Assembly: GCF_006345805.1 (NCBI RefSeq)
Contig: NC_043009.1
Location: forward strand, 67,580,001 to 67,644,000
Reading direction: 5' to 3'
Length of the DNA stretch: 64,000 nucleotides
Source: Octopus sinensis
Taxonomy: Eukaryota
Under the pieces are notes generated by a model. That model was not told where the DNA came from. It did no database searches and saw only the letters and a program-made list of their open reading frames with translations. The position numbers were made by a program, and so were the translations under genes. Below are positions 25,101-37,971 of the stretch, piece by piece (position 1 is the first letter of the stretch; every line of letters begins with the position of its first letter).

Positions 25101-25599
25101 CAATTACTTCCTTTTGCTGTTATTGGTGCTTACATGAAAAAAAACTTTGTACGTTTCCATCTTTCTGTGTAACTCGCAAATTGTATGAGTGTGGTTTCTG
25201 AGTTTGACAGCTTTTGTTTCGCGCGCGCGCCTGTGTGCTTAGGAGTTTACTTTAGTTGACTTTAAATGTAGTGTTACCCCATTCTCGTGCTATTGTAGTG
25301 ATTGTGTTATAGTTGTAGGGTTTTGTTACTTCACTCATGTTTTGCGTTGAGGAGGAACGTAGTATGAATGCAATAAAAAAAACATATTTCACCAACCTGC
25401 CATACAAGATTAATAGACATCAACCCATAATTGATCGATAAACAACGCAGAAATGAAATTTTTCTACGCAACCAAAAGACCAAGCATTGTGACAGGTTAC
25501 AGAGGCAGTATACATTGGGAAATAATTTCTGACAATTCAATAGAAAAAAAGAACACAATTAAAACACTGTTGGTAGTTTTGGTAAAAGTAACATATTAT

Positions 25600-25790
25600 A
25601 ACAGCATACACGGCCTTGACGATGATATTTTTCATTCTTTGGCATTACTCATCTGCCGCAGTTGTTCTGACGTTCTCAAAGTTGCTTATAGTCATCTGCT
25701 CAGACAGCTCAGATGGACAGGCCGCGTCTGACGCAAGGACAAATTCGGAATTCCTAAGGCCGTATTCTATTTCGAATTATTAATGTAATT
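25600..25790 (+). pseudogene. RTE-clade LINE fragment (post-RT region)
   Basis: SHLLRQLRWTGRV*RKDKFGIPKAVFYFEL resembles the RTE motif QLRWAGHV.RM...RIPK..FYGEL. Confidence 0.55.
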
Positions 25791-25974
25791 ACTAATCTTT
25801 TAGTGCAAGCTATATTTATGCTTTTCTAATACTTCAGCTGGTATTTGGATTTCGTTTTGGCTGTGAGCGTATGTGTACATGGATCTGTATGTAGGCGTGT
25901 ATCTATATGTAAACGAGTGTCTTTTATGATCCCTATCAATATCACTACTTATGTATATATACATATACATATAT

Positions 25975-26012
<38 letters not shown>

Positions 26013-26066
26013 CAGGACAAGGTAATAATAATGATTATTAGATATTTCTTTTTTGTAGTAAATTCG

Positions 26067-26105
<39 letters not shown>

Positions 26106-26124
26106 TATATATATATATATATAT

Positions 26125-26437
26125 ATCACGTGATCACGTGACCGACCAGACCATCAGATGTTGTTACACATCGCTGGTCACAATGCGTTCGCATTGTTTT
26201 TTTTAGCCTTCGAATGACGCCACCCCGCTGGCTAAGCGAGCAGGCCAACGGAAGAAACAGTGGGAGAAATAGTGGTGAAAGAGTATAGCAGGGATCACCC
26301 CCACCCTGGCGGAGCATCGTGGAGCTTTTTAGGTGTTTTCGCTCAATAAACACTTAACAACGCCCGGCCTAGGAATCGAAACCGCGATCCTACGACCGCG
26401 AGTCCGCTGCCCTAACCACTGGGCCATTGCGCCTCCA
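26125..26437 (-). mobile_element. tRNA-derived SINE family C, tail variant 1
   Basis: Head GGAGGCGCAATGGCCCAGTGGTTAGGGCAGCGGACTCGCGGTCGTAGGATCGCGGTTTCGATTCC is shared with 49812; the 3' half differs. Confidence 0.88.
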
Positions 26438-26517
<80 letters not shown>

Positions 26518-27399
26518 ACATACATAAATATATAAAAATATATATCTTGCTTGGTATAAAGCCATGTGCATCTGTGGGTGTCTCTAAATTTGTGAGATTA
26601 CGGGAAACATTAACAAACTCTTTCTCTTAAGTATGTCTTAAATGTATGGACGCAGAATGTGAATTTGTGTTTGAATGTCCATGTGGAAATAGTTATAACA
26701 GATAATAATGCTTACAGTGAGAACTAATACTCTATCGTAACCATAAATAATTTGTTTAATTAACTCCTCTAATCATTAACTCTTCTGAAATGGTTTTATA
26801 TTATAGCCAGTAGCTTTCGGAAAGCATAATACAATATGCATTTAAATATTTACCTCATCTTGAATTTAATGCTATGACAACATTATGACCTAATTGGGCA
26901 ACGTTCAATGAAATTACATACGGAGTCTATAAATTTGATATGATCGTAAAATAAAAACAAGTTTATAGTAACAAAATCATTACTAATTAATAGTAATATT
27001 AGACCAGCATATGCAAACTTACCAAGTTATGATAGCATCAAACTCATAAAATATCTCCATCATTAACCCCAGTTGTTAGTTTAAAATAACACCCACGTTC
27101 ATTTACTTAATTAATCTCATAAAATTGCTAGACATAGAACTACCTTTACCTGGCTTCGTAAAATCAATCGTCCTTTGAAATAGTTGTTAAACTTAAGCAA
27201 CTACAGAATAAATATTTCGTCATTCTATCCACTTATTTTCCCTTCTTCCCCATCCAAGTGTTGTTTATGTAAAATATGTTAAACTAGAAGATAGGAAAAC
27301 ACACTGAGCTAAGTATACTCATCTATCGTTACACATCAGCAGGGGTTTCAATATACATCCGAGACGCATTGCAAAGGCGTAGAAATTCTTTGATATCTA

Positions 27400-27700
27400 T
27401 TACCTTTTCACTGCTTCGGTCATTGCACTGTGGACATGTCGAGGTTCTTTCTGGAAGAGTTTAGTCGAACAAATCGACTCTAGTACTTTAGTACTTATTT
27501 TTTAAAGTATTTCATTTATTCTGTTTATCATTTATGCCGAACCGCTGTTACAGGGACGGAAACAAATCAATACCAGTTATCAAGCTGTGCGAGGGCAAGC
27601 AAAAGGACACCAACAAACACAGACGCACATACACACGCACGCATGCATGCATATTTCCAACGGGCTTCGAAGATTGAGTTCCTCGACTGTTCATCTGGCT
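27400..27700 (-). mobile_element. SINE family A, diverged 3' part
   Basis: TTTAGTCGAACAAATCGAC, GCCGAACCGCT and CTTCGAAGATTGAGTTCC segments align to family A. Confidence 0.6.
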
Positions 27701-30069
27701 GGCAGCCCATCATCGCTATAAAGGCCCTTTTCGGCTCGGTTTCTAATTTGTATATACAGTGCTTCGATATCAACTGACTTCATATGAGTTCGTAACGGAT
27801 TATAGATCTTCAAGCATAATGGATATAAACTTTCTGTAATGAGAGGAGTGAACAAGGCTGAAGCAAGTTGTGTTCGGATATATTTATATTTAGGTTGTAT
27901 TTATAATCGACTGCAATGCCAAGTTTGCCTAGGTTTATTACCCTAATTCAAGAGGTTAGTTCAAATTTATTCTCATAGTCCTAAAACTTTTTTGAAGAAT
28001 GATGTCTTTTTTTTCTATCCTTAATTTACAGTTTAGTAGAGATTTTTTGACCTTGGATATTGATATCTATCAAAATGTCGATTCATTTTCTTTTAAACAT
28101 TAAAAGAAAGCAGTGGCAGAAACGTTTATAAATTTTATATGAGTTTTGGTCTTGTCTGGTTGTAGGAATATTTTATTACTATTTTTGACCTTTTGTAATC
28201 TTACTTTTAAATCATCTCCGAAGACATGTTTTTATATTCGAAATTTTAGCTTCTTGATTAACAAGAAAAGATCTTCTGCAAATGTTTCAGATGCAGAAAG
28301 ACATTTCTTTCACTTGGAACCATTCTTAGAGTTATTGTTTTACATTTGCGTTTCGATGAAAAATGCGCGCCACTTTGAATCTTTTGATAAAATTATTTGT
28401 TTTCTGTAGAATTTCAAGTATCCACACCACATCAATACCAGGCCTTATTCGACCTTTTCCTTATCAAAACGTTCGCAATCACTCAATATTTCTAAACTAT
28501 ATTCAGCAAATTCTGGTCTTTAAATTGAATGCATTGAATACCAAATTGACGATGAAAGCATTATTAATCATCGAAAACTCAGTGCGCTTAAACCGACGCA
28601 GTCAGCTTATATCATTCCAATCACAATACATTTTAGTTTCTTATAAATAACCTTATTCCATAACTTCATCTATGCAGGAGTTTAACTTATCTCCTGTATT
28701 TCATTTGATTTATATATTGCGCTCTTTATCAGCATAGATCATATACATAGCTGCAGACGTTTTCCCCATCCAAGATAAGGTCATACGTGCTTGTTGTATA
28801 AATATTTCTTCCTGCACCGCCTTTCAGCTTTACGTCTATCTACACAGTATTAGGTCATCTAATCTGTCCTTTGTTAAAACAACATTGTTCGGTTTGGCAG
28901 ATATTTAGTTGTTATTTCTTGCACTTAACGAAATCTAACCATTTAGTTGCCTCCTCAAACTCTTGGTCCATTTTTGGTGAGGTTTGGATAATCGGAGATA
29001 CAATAGCGTTGTATCTGTAGCAAATATTATCCGAAACGCAGACGTCCGCCATGGTTGCTATTTATCTCCTAGTTTAGAGTTTTAAGTAGAGGAAAACTTT
29101 GTCGTTTCTCGTCTAAGAAGCAACCAGAGTTTTCCTTGAAAAAGTACTGTGAACCAACGGAATACCCATTCTTTCTACTGCTTCTGCTACCCAATTGAAC
29201 TCAGCTGTTGGGAGCTAAATGTATGAAGCACAGACACGATTTACCTGATAGGAATCGAACCACCAATTCTACATTTGTTTAACGATCCTGAATTGACTCA
29301 AACATATGTATACACTGAATGGTTGGATACTAAAGAATAAAGATTTGTGTTAATTCGAAACCACCCATATTAAACGTTCCCCAGAATATCTGATATATAT
29401 TTCGCATTCTACTCAAGAATTGAACTAGAACTTTCCTGCAGAATTTGAGTCTCAATTTCAACTATTCTAATTCATACACAGGAGCAATATATATCTACTT
29501 CCATGAACGAATAAGTGAGCGTCTGAGTGGGGCCGATCCGTTAGAAACAGCAGCAAAATCTTATTTGAATCCCATTCCATCCTCATAAAAACGGAGACAT
29601 AACATGTCATAGTCACACACGCACACACAAACAGACACCCACACACAAGCACACACACACACACGCACGCACACACACACACAGATCTGCATGATTAAGA
29701 ATTTCCTGCAAATAAGCACCATTCTCATTTATTAGCGAAACCTCCAAGGGAGAGAAAAAAAGTACCCAATGCAGTCAGATCAGTGAAAATATACTGGAAA
29801 ATATTTCATTTAGAGAATCACAGTTGTTGTAGTCATAGAGAAATGATGTATATATCGAGGTTAAACAAGTAACTAAGAAAACAACAAAAATTGCTAGATT
29901 TTTTTTCTTGTCTGACAACAGAGAAATAATTCTACGCGTAAATTCACTGCATGAGACAAACAAACGTAACATGCAATATGTTTGTTTTCATTCTTCTTAT
30001 CGTAAGCTGAATGCTAACTTTGAAAAGGTAATATTCGAATTTCTCTCTTTAACGTATGTAATGTATTCT

Positions 30070-30270
30070 AAGGCGGTGAGTGGGCAGAATAGTTTGCGCG
30101 CCAGCAAATATGCTTAGCAACATTTCGACCGTCTTTTCGTTCTGAGTTCAAATTCTATCGAGGTTGAGTTTACTTTATCTTTTCGGGGGTCGACAAAATA
30201 AGTACCAGCTAAACACTGGGGTTGACGTAATCGACTTAATTCCATCGCCGAAATTGCAAACTTAGAAATG
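30070..30270 (+). mobile_element. SINE family B, diverged
   Basis: AAGGCGGTGAGTGGGCAGAA head, TTCTGAGTTCAAATTC core, AAGTACCAG...GGGGTTGACGTAATCGAC. Confidence 0.75.
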
Positions 30271-30375
30271 TGAAAATCAATATTTAATGTATTTTTGCAA
30301 GTTGTATATCTCACATTACAATGTTATACTTGACTTCAAGAGTTCAACTATCTAACTCTACATGTAATCTTTCTA

Positions 30376-30565
30376 TACGGGCTGGAAAGATCCTGGCTTT
30401 AAGGGTGTTGCAAAAGGCCCGCTTGGAGGCCCAACCTTCCGAGTTCTTTTGCAGGTCTTAGAAAACTGAATCTCATAAGGAAATATGTAGAATAAAATCA
30501 TAATTAACTCATCCTCCTGTATATTATTTTACCCAAAGTAAGGAACTTTTCAGCGTAACCTCGTA
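30376..30565 (+). mobile_element. mariner-derived MITE, second copy
   Basis: CTGGCTTTAAGGGTGT...CCCAACCTTCC...GAACTTTTCAGCGTAACCTCGTA matches 11422-11630. Confidence 0.65.
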
Positions 30566-30689
30566 TATACCATTAGACAAAACATTTTAATGAAAGTCGT
30601 TTGAAGTTACTTAATTGCAATCATGACATAAAAACGCAGTTATTTAGGAAGAGTACACATTCACTCACGCATTGATCTTGTGACAGGAA

Positions 30690-30970
30690 TGTGACTCGCC
30701 TGTCTGGGCAAACCAATTCTTTTACACGCTGGTGATTTGTATCAGTGGTCATAGTTGACGGCTTTCCATTTCATGGTCTGTCTCCAATGCCCGTTCACTC
30801 ACTTTAAACTTTTCCATCCCTGTGTACACATTGCTTTTTGTCAATGATGTTGTCTCTGTAAACAACCTGTAGCCTTCGATGGATACTCGACAGCCTGCAC
30901 CCCGATTTCGTTAAGGACTCAACGACAGCACCATGCTTCTGCTTAGAACCCATTATTTTCATGCAGTGAG
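30690..30970 (-). pseudogene. mariner transposase N-terminal remnant
   Basis: KQKHGAVVESLTKSGCRLSSIHRRLQVVYRDNIIDK / SNVYTGMEKFK / PSTMTTDTNHQRVKELVCPDRRVT across frameshifts matches the mariner HTH pattern. Confidence 0.8.
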
Positions 30971-31281
30971 GAACAGGAAGAAGAGTTGACCTCTCTCGGG
31001 TAAAAGCAAAAATTGTGCCCACTATTTCCTTGTGTTTATTTCGACTGGTGGTAAACTGAACTAACTTATTAAAGATTCAATTGGAAGCTTCCTTTCCCCC
31101 CTTTCTGGTTTCGAAAACCGTAATCTATCTTAGAGAGGGAGTTTCTGCACCAGATCAACTGTCAGACAATTTAAAGCTCCACGTTGATTATAATTACGGT
31201 TATAATTACGAAAATTATGATTTATATATTAATTACAATAACACATATATATATACATACATACATACATACATATACATA

Positions 31282-31610
31282 GACGCAGGAGTGGGTGCAT
31301 GGTAAGAAGCTTGCTTCCCAACCACATGGCTCCGGGTTCAGTCCACTGCGTGGCACTTGGGTGAGTGTCTTCTACTACAGTCTAGGGCCGACCAAAGCCT
31401 TGTGAGTGGATGTGGTAGACGGAAACTGAAAGACGCCCGTTGTATATATATATATATATATATAATATATATATATATATATGTATATATACACACACAC
31501 ATATATATATGTGTGTGCGTGTGTGTATTTGTGTGACTGTGTTTGTCCCCCCACCATCGCTTGACAGCCGATGTTGGTGTGTTTATGACCCCCGTAATTT
31601 AGTGGTTTGG
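31282..31610 (+). mobile_element. SINE family A, 3'-truncated
   Basis: Head and central part match the 8826 and 41212 copies. Confidence 0.85.
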
Positions 31611-32025
31611 ATTACATTCAAGATTGTAAACTAATCTTAAAATGTGAAAATATGACAAAAATGTTACATTTTTTATGATACGCTGAAAAAAGAAACATGT
31701 CGAATATCAGAGATTTTGTGTTTGCAATTTCTTAAAATAAAAACGTTATATTTTTTGTTAATGATTAAGTGATTTGGATTGGAGTACTTTTCTTCTATAA
31801 ATATGTCGCAGATAGATGTTGTGGTCTGAGTTGAGTTGATCGATTATAACGATAATAGATTGATTTGAAGAACGACACGTGTTTTATATATAAACCGAAA
31901 TTTATTTATGCAATTTAAATTGGTAACGAAATATATTTATATACATTAAAACATCACTGCAGTTTAGAAAATTAGTACTTTTTAAATCTCACAACAAGCA
32001 ATATTCAGCAACAGTACTTTCGAGC

Positions 32026-32178
32026 AAAGATTATTTGCCAACATAACATGGCAGTCCTGGTTTAGGACGAATGTTGCTGTAATTTGGCCACGGGAGACAT
32101 CGTTTAGATCCTGGGGCTAAATTACAGCAACATTCGTCCTAAACCAGGACTACTATGTTATGTTGGCAAACAATCTTT
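32026..32178. repeat. Fold-back inverted repeat, ~63-bp arms
   Basis: AAAGATTATTTGCCAACATAACATGGCAGTCCTGGTTTAGGACGAATGTTGCTGTAATTTGGCC versus its reverse complement ending CAATCTTT; ~25-bp spacer. Confidence 0.92.
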
Positions 32179-32642
32179 ACTCCATCACAGCAGTTTGTTT
32201 CTTTTTAATTTGGAGCTCCAGTATCTTGGTTTTCGTAATTTGTTTTTCGTTTTTTACTTGCTGGTGGTTGCTCAATATATCGAGAGAGTTTGGTAGCATT
32301 TATTTTGTTTTCTAGTACTTTATTGTTATTTTAAAATTGATAGATATTTTTGCCACAACCTTCTTAACAGTGTAAGGATCTGTGCGGAGTTCCGTAAAAT
32401 GTCCTCCTTTTCTGTCCACTCGAAGTAGGTTTTTGAGCAGAGCTTCATCTCCAGTACTGACCTGCTGTTGTTCGGGTTTCTATTGCATTGTTCTTTTCGA
32501 ACGAACTGAGCTCTTCTAATATAATAAAAGTAGCCATTCTGGATATGCTGCTTTCAAACTTCTTCAGCTTAAGAAAAAACTTAAGGGAAAACTCCAGCCA
32601 AATGAAAGCTCAGACTTTCTCTTTCACATACTACTCTATATT

Positions 32643-32695
<53 letters not shown>

Positions 32696-33311
32696 TTTAA
32701 TGGGTTCCCTATGCAAACTTGTATTGTTAATTATACATTTCTTAGTAATTACGTTTCTAAGTTACAGAAGAAAAATGTTGATGATGTTAATAATAATAAG
32801 CATAATGATTCTCCAATTTGCCACCACGGAGACGAACATTTGAGGAAGTATTTTAGGTGAGGTAATCTGAAATCGTAGGAGCCAACTTGAAATCGATTTC
32901 AAATTACCCCGGCGGGTAAATATGAAACAGATTTCAAGTTAACGGGGTAGGAGTAACCTGAATGGTGGGGGATAATCTGAAATCGCTATACCTGTACAGG
33001 AATCAAAACCACAATCTTACGACCATCAGTTCAACCCTCTAACCACTAAGCCACGCAGCTCCACCATAATATATATTAATTATATATTAAATGTTTTTAT
33101 TCTATTATTATTTTACTTGTTTCAGTCTTTTTGACTGCGGCCATGCTGAAGCACCGCCTTTGGTCGAACAAATCGACCCCAGGACTTATTCTGAAGGAAT
33201 AGATCTATGACGAGTAATTCCCATCCGTGACCAAAATTACGGTCGGAAATTTCTCCTTCCTTTTTAAAGGCGCCTCGCTCTCTCATTCTCATTCAATGCT
33301 ATTCTATCTTA

Positions 33312-33725
33312 GGGTGGCGAGCTGGCAGAAACGTTAGCACGCTGGACGGAATGCTTAGCGGTATTTCGTCTGCCGTTACGTTCTGAGTTCAAATTTCGCT
33401 TAGGTCGACTTTGCCTTTCATCCTTTCGGGGTCGGTAAATTAAGTACCAGTTACGCACTGGGATCGATATAATCGACTTAATCCGTTTGTCTGTCCTTGT
33501 TTGTCCCCTATGTGTTTAGCCCCTTGTGGGTAGTAAAGATATAGGTATTTCGTCTGTCATTACGTTCTGAGTTCAAACTCCGCCGAGGTCGACTTTGCTT
33601 TTCATCCTTTTGGGGTCGATTAAATAAGTACCAGTTATGCATTAGAGTCGATGTAATCGACTTAATCCCTTTGTCTGTCCTTGTTTGTCCCCTCTATGTT
33701 TAGCCCCTTGTGGGTAGTAAACAAA
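33312..33725 (+). mobile_element. SINE family B, full length with duplicated core and tail
   Basis: Same architecture as 17320-17730. Preceded by a family A tail fragment on the minus strand at 33110-33190. Confidence 0.92.
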
Positions 33726-34069
33726 TAAATACTACTCTATCTATCTGTCTGCCTGTGTCTCTGTCTGTGTGTATGTATGTATGTCAGTCTATCGAACCAT
33801 CTGTATATCTATCTGTATATCTGTTTATCCTTCCTTCAATTTATTTATCTACCTCTCTGTCTATCTGTCTCTCAATCTATATTCTCTCTATCTATATCTA
33901 TATATGTGTGTGTGCGTGTGTGTGTGTGTGTATGCATGCTTGTCTCTATATAGAGATACAGGTAATATAGCCACCTATCTTTCTTTCATCTATCGATTTA
34001 TCGATCTATCTGTCTGTCTTCTTTTCATCGTCCTGGATATCTATCTATCCATCGATATATCTAACTAAC

Positions 34070-34290
34070 TGCATCTCCATTTCTCCATCTCTTTCGCATT
34101 CTGTCTGTGAATCTCCTACACATTCTGTTGGTCTACACTTCTTTTCACACCCCGTCTACGTCTTTGAAGCCGTGGTCGTCTGCCTCTTCCAAACTCCATC
34201 CATCATTCTTCAAACACAAACCAACACCACCAGTCACTCTCTGCTACTTCAATGCATCTTAAGTTTAATGTATATCGTCAGTTGTCACAT
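34070..34290 (-). mobile_element. Possible RTE LINE 3' remnant
   Basis: Minus strand ...GGTGTTGGTTTGTGTTTGAAGAATGATG...GGAAGAGGCAGACGACCACGG loosely resembles RLRWFGHVLRM...RGRP. Confidence 0.35.
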
Positions 34291-34314
34291 CCAGGATATG
34301 TAAATATAGATGTG

Positions 34315-34348
<34 letters not shown>

Positions 34349-34575
34349 TATGTAAGGATGACTGTATGTATACAAACGTGTGTTTGCATATGAATATATG
34401 TGTATGCATGAAAATGTAATTGTACGTAGATATCTATCCATGTTCTCTCCCCACCTTTCTTTCTCTCTCTCTCTTTCTCCCTTTCCCTCTCTTATTCTCA
34501 GTCTTTCACTCTTTCTTTCTCGCGCGCTCTCTTTCTATCTCTTTCATGGTCTCTCACTTCATGTCTATATCGTTT

Positions 34576-34657
<82 letters not shown>

Positions 34658-35029
34658 ACACTCTTCCACACAATTTTCTCGAGGCTGCTAAACGGCAGGA
34701 CATAAATATTGTCAATATGTCTTCAAATCAAATAATTTAATGTTTCTTAGTAGTAATTAATTGAAACAGACAGCAAATTATTCTAATACGTACGTGCACA
34801 ACACACACACACACACACACACGCACACACACATATGTACGTATATATGTATGGGTGTATGTATGTATAAAGATATAGCCATATTCAAACTTTGGCTTAT
34901 TAAATATTGCAATGTGATAGCTTGTTAATACGGCATTTTAATAAAGTCATATATGTACGTGATGGTTTGTGTAAATACACGCATACATGCATACATACAT
35001 GCATATATATATATATATATATATATATC

Positions 35030-35095
<66 letters not shown>

Positions 35096-35097
<2 letters not shown>

Positions 35098-35906
35098 TGA
35101 TATGTGTGCGTGTACGTGTGTGTCTGTGTCTATCTATTAACGTGTATTTTACTGTAAACTTAACGATTCTAACTGTTGCATTTTCAAAACACCTCCGAGC
35201 GCGTACACACACACACACATATTATCGGTGCCACATAAATAACATTGTGTGCACCAAAAAACGCAATATGTTTGAAAGCCAGGCAAAGGTGTGCGAGAAC
35301 AACAGACAGCGATGTTTCGTTGCTATTTCAACTCATCCGTGCTTTATACTTGATTAACCCGTAGAACAAATCAAAGGCTCTGAAGTATATACAGATAGCT
35401 TAACATATATCTGCTGACGTGAAGCAGCGATGCACAGGTGAAACAAAATTCAGTATGCGTATACTAACTGACGAAAAGAAGAGAACGAAACTTCGAAATC
35501 ACTGTCAAAACATGTCGCGTAAAAAGTTTCGTACGCATGAACTCTGCTATTACGTATTCAGTAATCGTTTAGTTTAATATTAAACTGGTTTGCTTTCATT
35601 TATAACTTCACATAAAACCGAACATATATATATATAAACATATATATGTTCGTTTTTATGTGAAGTTATATATGAAAACAAACCAGTTTTTCGGCGATTT
35701 AAATAAGAGTTTGACTGTTATTTCCAGCAGGCAGACATACTTAGTATTCCTTTGATTATTTTTTAATCTTACAGCTATTTAATGCTCTTCTGGGCCTGCA
35801 ATCGGCTATATTATTGATTGTGTTATTATAATTTCTTATTGTTACACAAGATAATAATAAAGTTAATATCTTCGCAAATATCTCATGAATTTTGGCTCCG
35901 TATATA

Positions 35907-35953
<47 letters not shown>

Positions 35954-36764
35954 ATATCTTGATATGTGTGCGTGTACGTGTGTGTCTGTGTCTATCTATT
36001 AACGTGTATTTTACTGTAAACTTAACGATTCTAACTGTTGCATTTTCAAAACACCTCCGAGCGCGTACACACACACACACACATATTATCGGTGCCACAT
36101 AAATAACATTGTGTGCACCAAAAAACGCAATATGTTTGAAAGCCAGGCAAAGGTGTGCGAGAACAACAGACAGCGATGTTCGTTGCTATTTCAACTCATC
36201 CGTGCTTTATACTTGATTAACCCGTAGAACAAATCAAAGGCTCTGAAGTATATACAGATAGCTTAACATATATCTGCTGACGTGAAGCAGCGATGCACAG
36301 GTGAAACAAAATTCAGTATGCGTATACTAACTGACGAAAAGAAGAGAACGAAACTTCGAAATCACTGTCAAAACATGTCGCGTAAAATGTTTCGTACGCA
36401 TGAACTCTGCTATTACGTATTCAGTAATCGTTTAGTTTAATATTAAACTGGTTTGCTTTCATTTATAACTTCACATAAAACCGAACAGATATATATATAA
36501 ACATATATATGTTCGTTTTTATGTGAAGTTATATATGAAAACAAACCAGTTTTTCGGCGATTTAAATAAGAGTTTGACTGTTATTTCCAGCAGGCAGACA
36601 TACTTAGTATTCCTTTGATTATTTTTTAATCTTACAGCTATTTAATGCTCTTCTGGGCCTGCAATCGGCTATATTATTGATTGTGTTATTATAATTTCTT
36701 ATTGTTACACAAGATAATAATAAAGTTAATATCTTCGCAAATATCTCATGAAATTTTGGCTCCG
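35096..36764. repeat. Near-identical tandem duplication, ~862-864-bp period
   Basis: 35096-35900 repeats at 35958-36764 with only a few substitutions and indels; (TA)n tracts lie at all three junctions. Confidence 0.97.
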
Positions 36765-36776
36765 TATATATATATA

Positions 36777-36852
<76 letters not shown>

Positions 36853-37284
36853 TGTATGTATGTATGTATGTATGTATGTATGTATGCATATTTCAAATAG
36901 CCATAGAATGTGGCTGAAGGTCATATCGCATATCAAGGGGAAAATATATAAGGCATCTGAAGGCAAAGTGTGTTACGTTAGATTTCAAAAGTGACTTACA
37001 ACTTGAAAGTTGTTACATCTGAAGAACACTAGAGTCGAATCCAGAATCGTTAAAGACCGTTGCGGGCATGTGCTTTCATGTGTGTGTGTGTATGTGTGTA
37101 TGTGTGTGTGCGTGCGTACGTGTGCCTGGGTGTGTGGTGTCTGTATAAACATTCATATTTCCTCACATATATATACATACATGTGAGTGTGTGTGTGTAT
37201 TAAATAATAAGGCACTAAAAGAGAATGACTCAACGCACGAAAATCCAAATCCATTTGTATAATCCTATTTCCTCAGCGTGAAAT

Positions 37285-37447
<163 letters not shown>

Positions 37448-37910
37448 GAGTGAGAGAGCAGTGCATGCCATCAAAGTGACACTGGGTTAAAATATACGTA
37501 GCCCAGTATACCCGTCTGATAAGGGTACACTAGGCACATGCATCACAACCATATGTGCACGACATGGTGATCTCATATCAAGATAAACAGCGCATGACCT
37601 TGCAGGTGGGGCCCAGTTAGAATTTTCTTCTGGTCGAGTAAGCTCATCCCGCTCAAAAGGTCCCTGAATAAGGATTGTTTAAGAATGTAGAACGAAACAC
37701 CCTTGTTTACAAAGGTGAATTATCCAAACCTCCAAGAATACCTTTCAACACATGGCTATGATGCTCCCCCACTACTTCTGCTCGTAATCAGAGATGCACA
37801 TATCGTCAGCCACTAAGGGACATGCTCAACTGGCTAAGGTCAAACAACTGACAAGCAAATCTGTGGTATTGAGCAGAATATTTGCTGTAGCCCATCTTTT
37901 ATACCAAGAC
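37448..37910 (-). mobile_element. Retroelement family D inside (TAA)n, 5'-truncated
   Basis: Highly similar to 57163-57717 with the same presumed 3' end (GCACTGCTCTCTCACTC-AATAATAA); (ATT)n on both sides. Orientation is inferred. Confidence 0.85.
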
Positions 37911-37914
37911 ATTA

Positions 37915-37971
<57 letters not shown>

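Noticed and set aside
28100-28900. AT-rich minus-strand stretch with possible RT-like peptides
   Set aside because: It has many stops and no ordered motifs that I could confirm.
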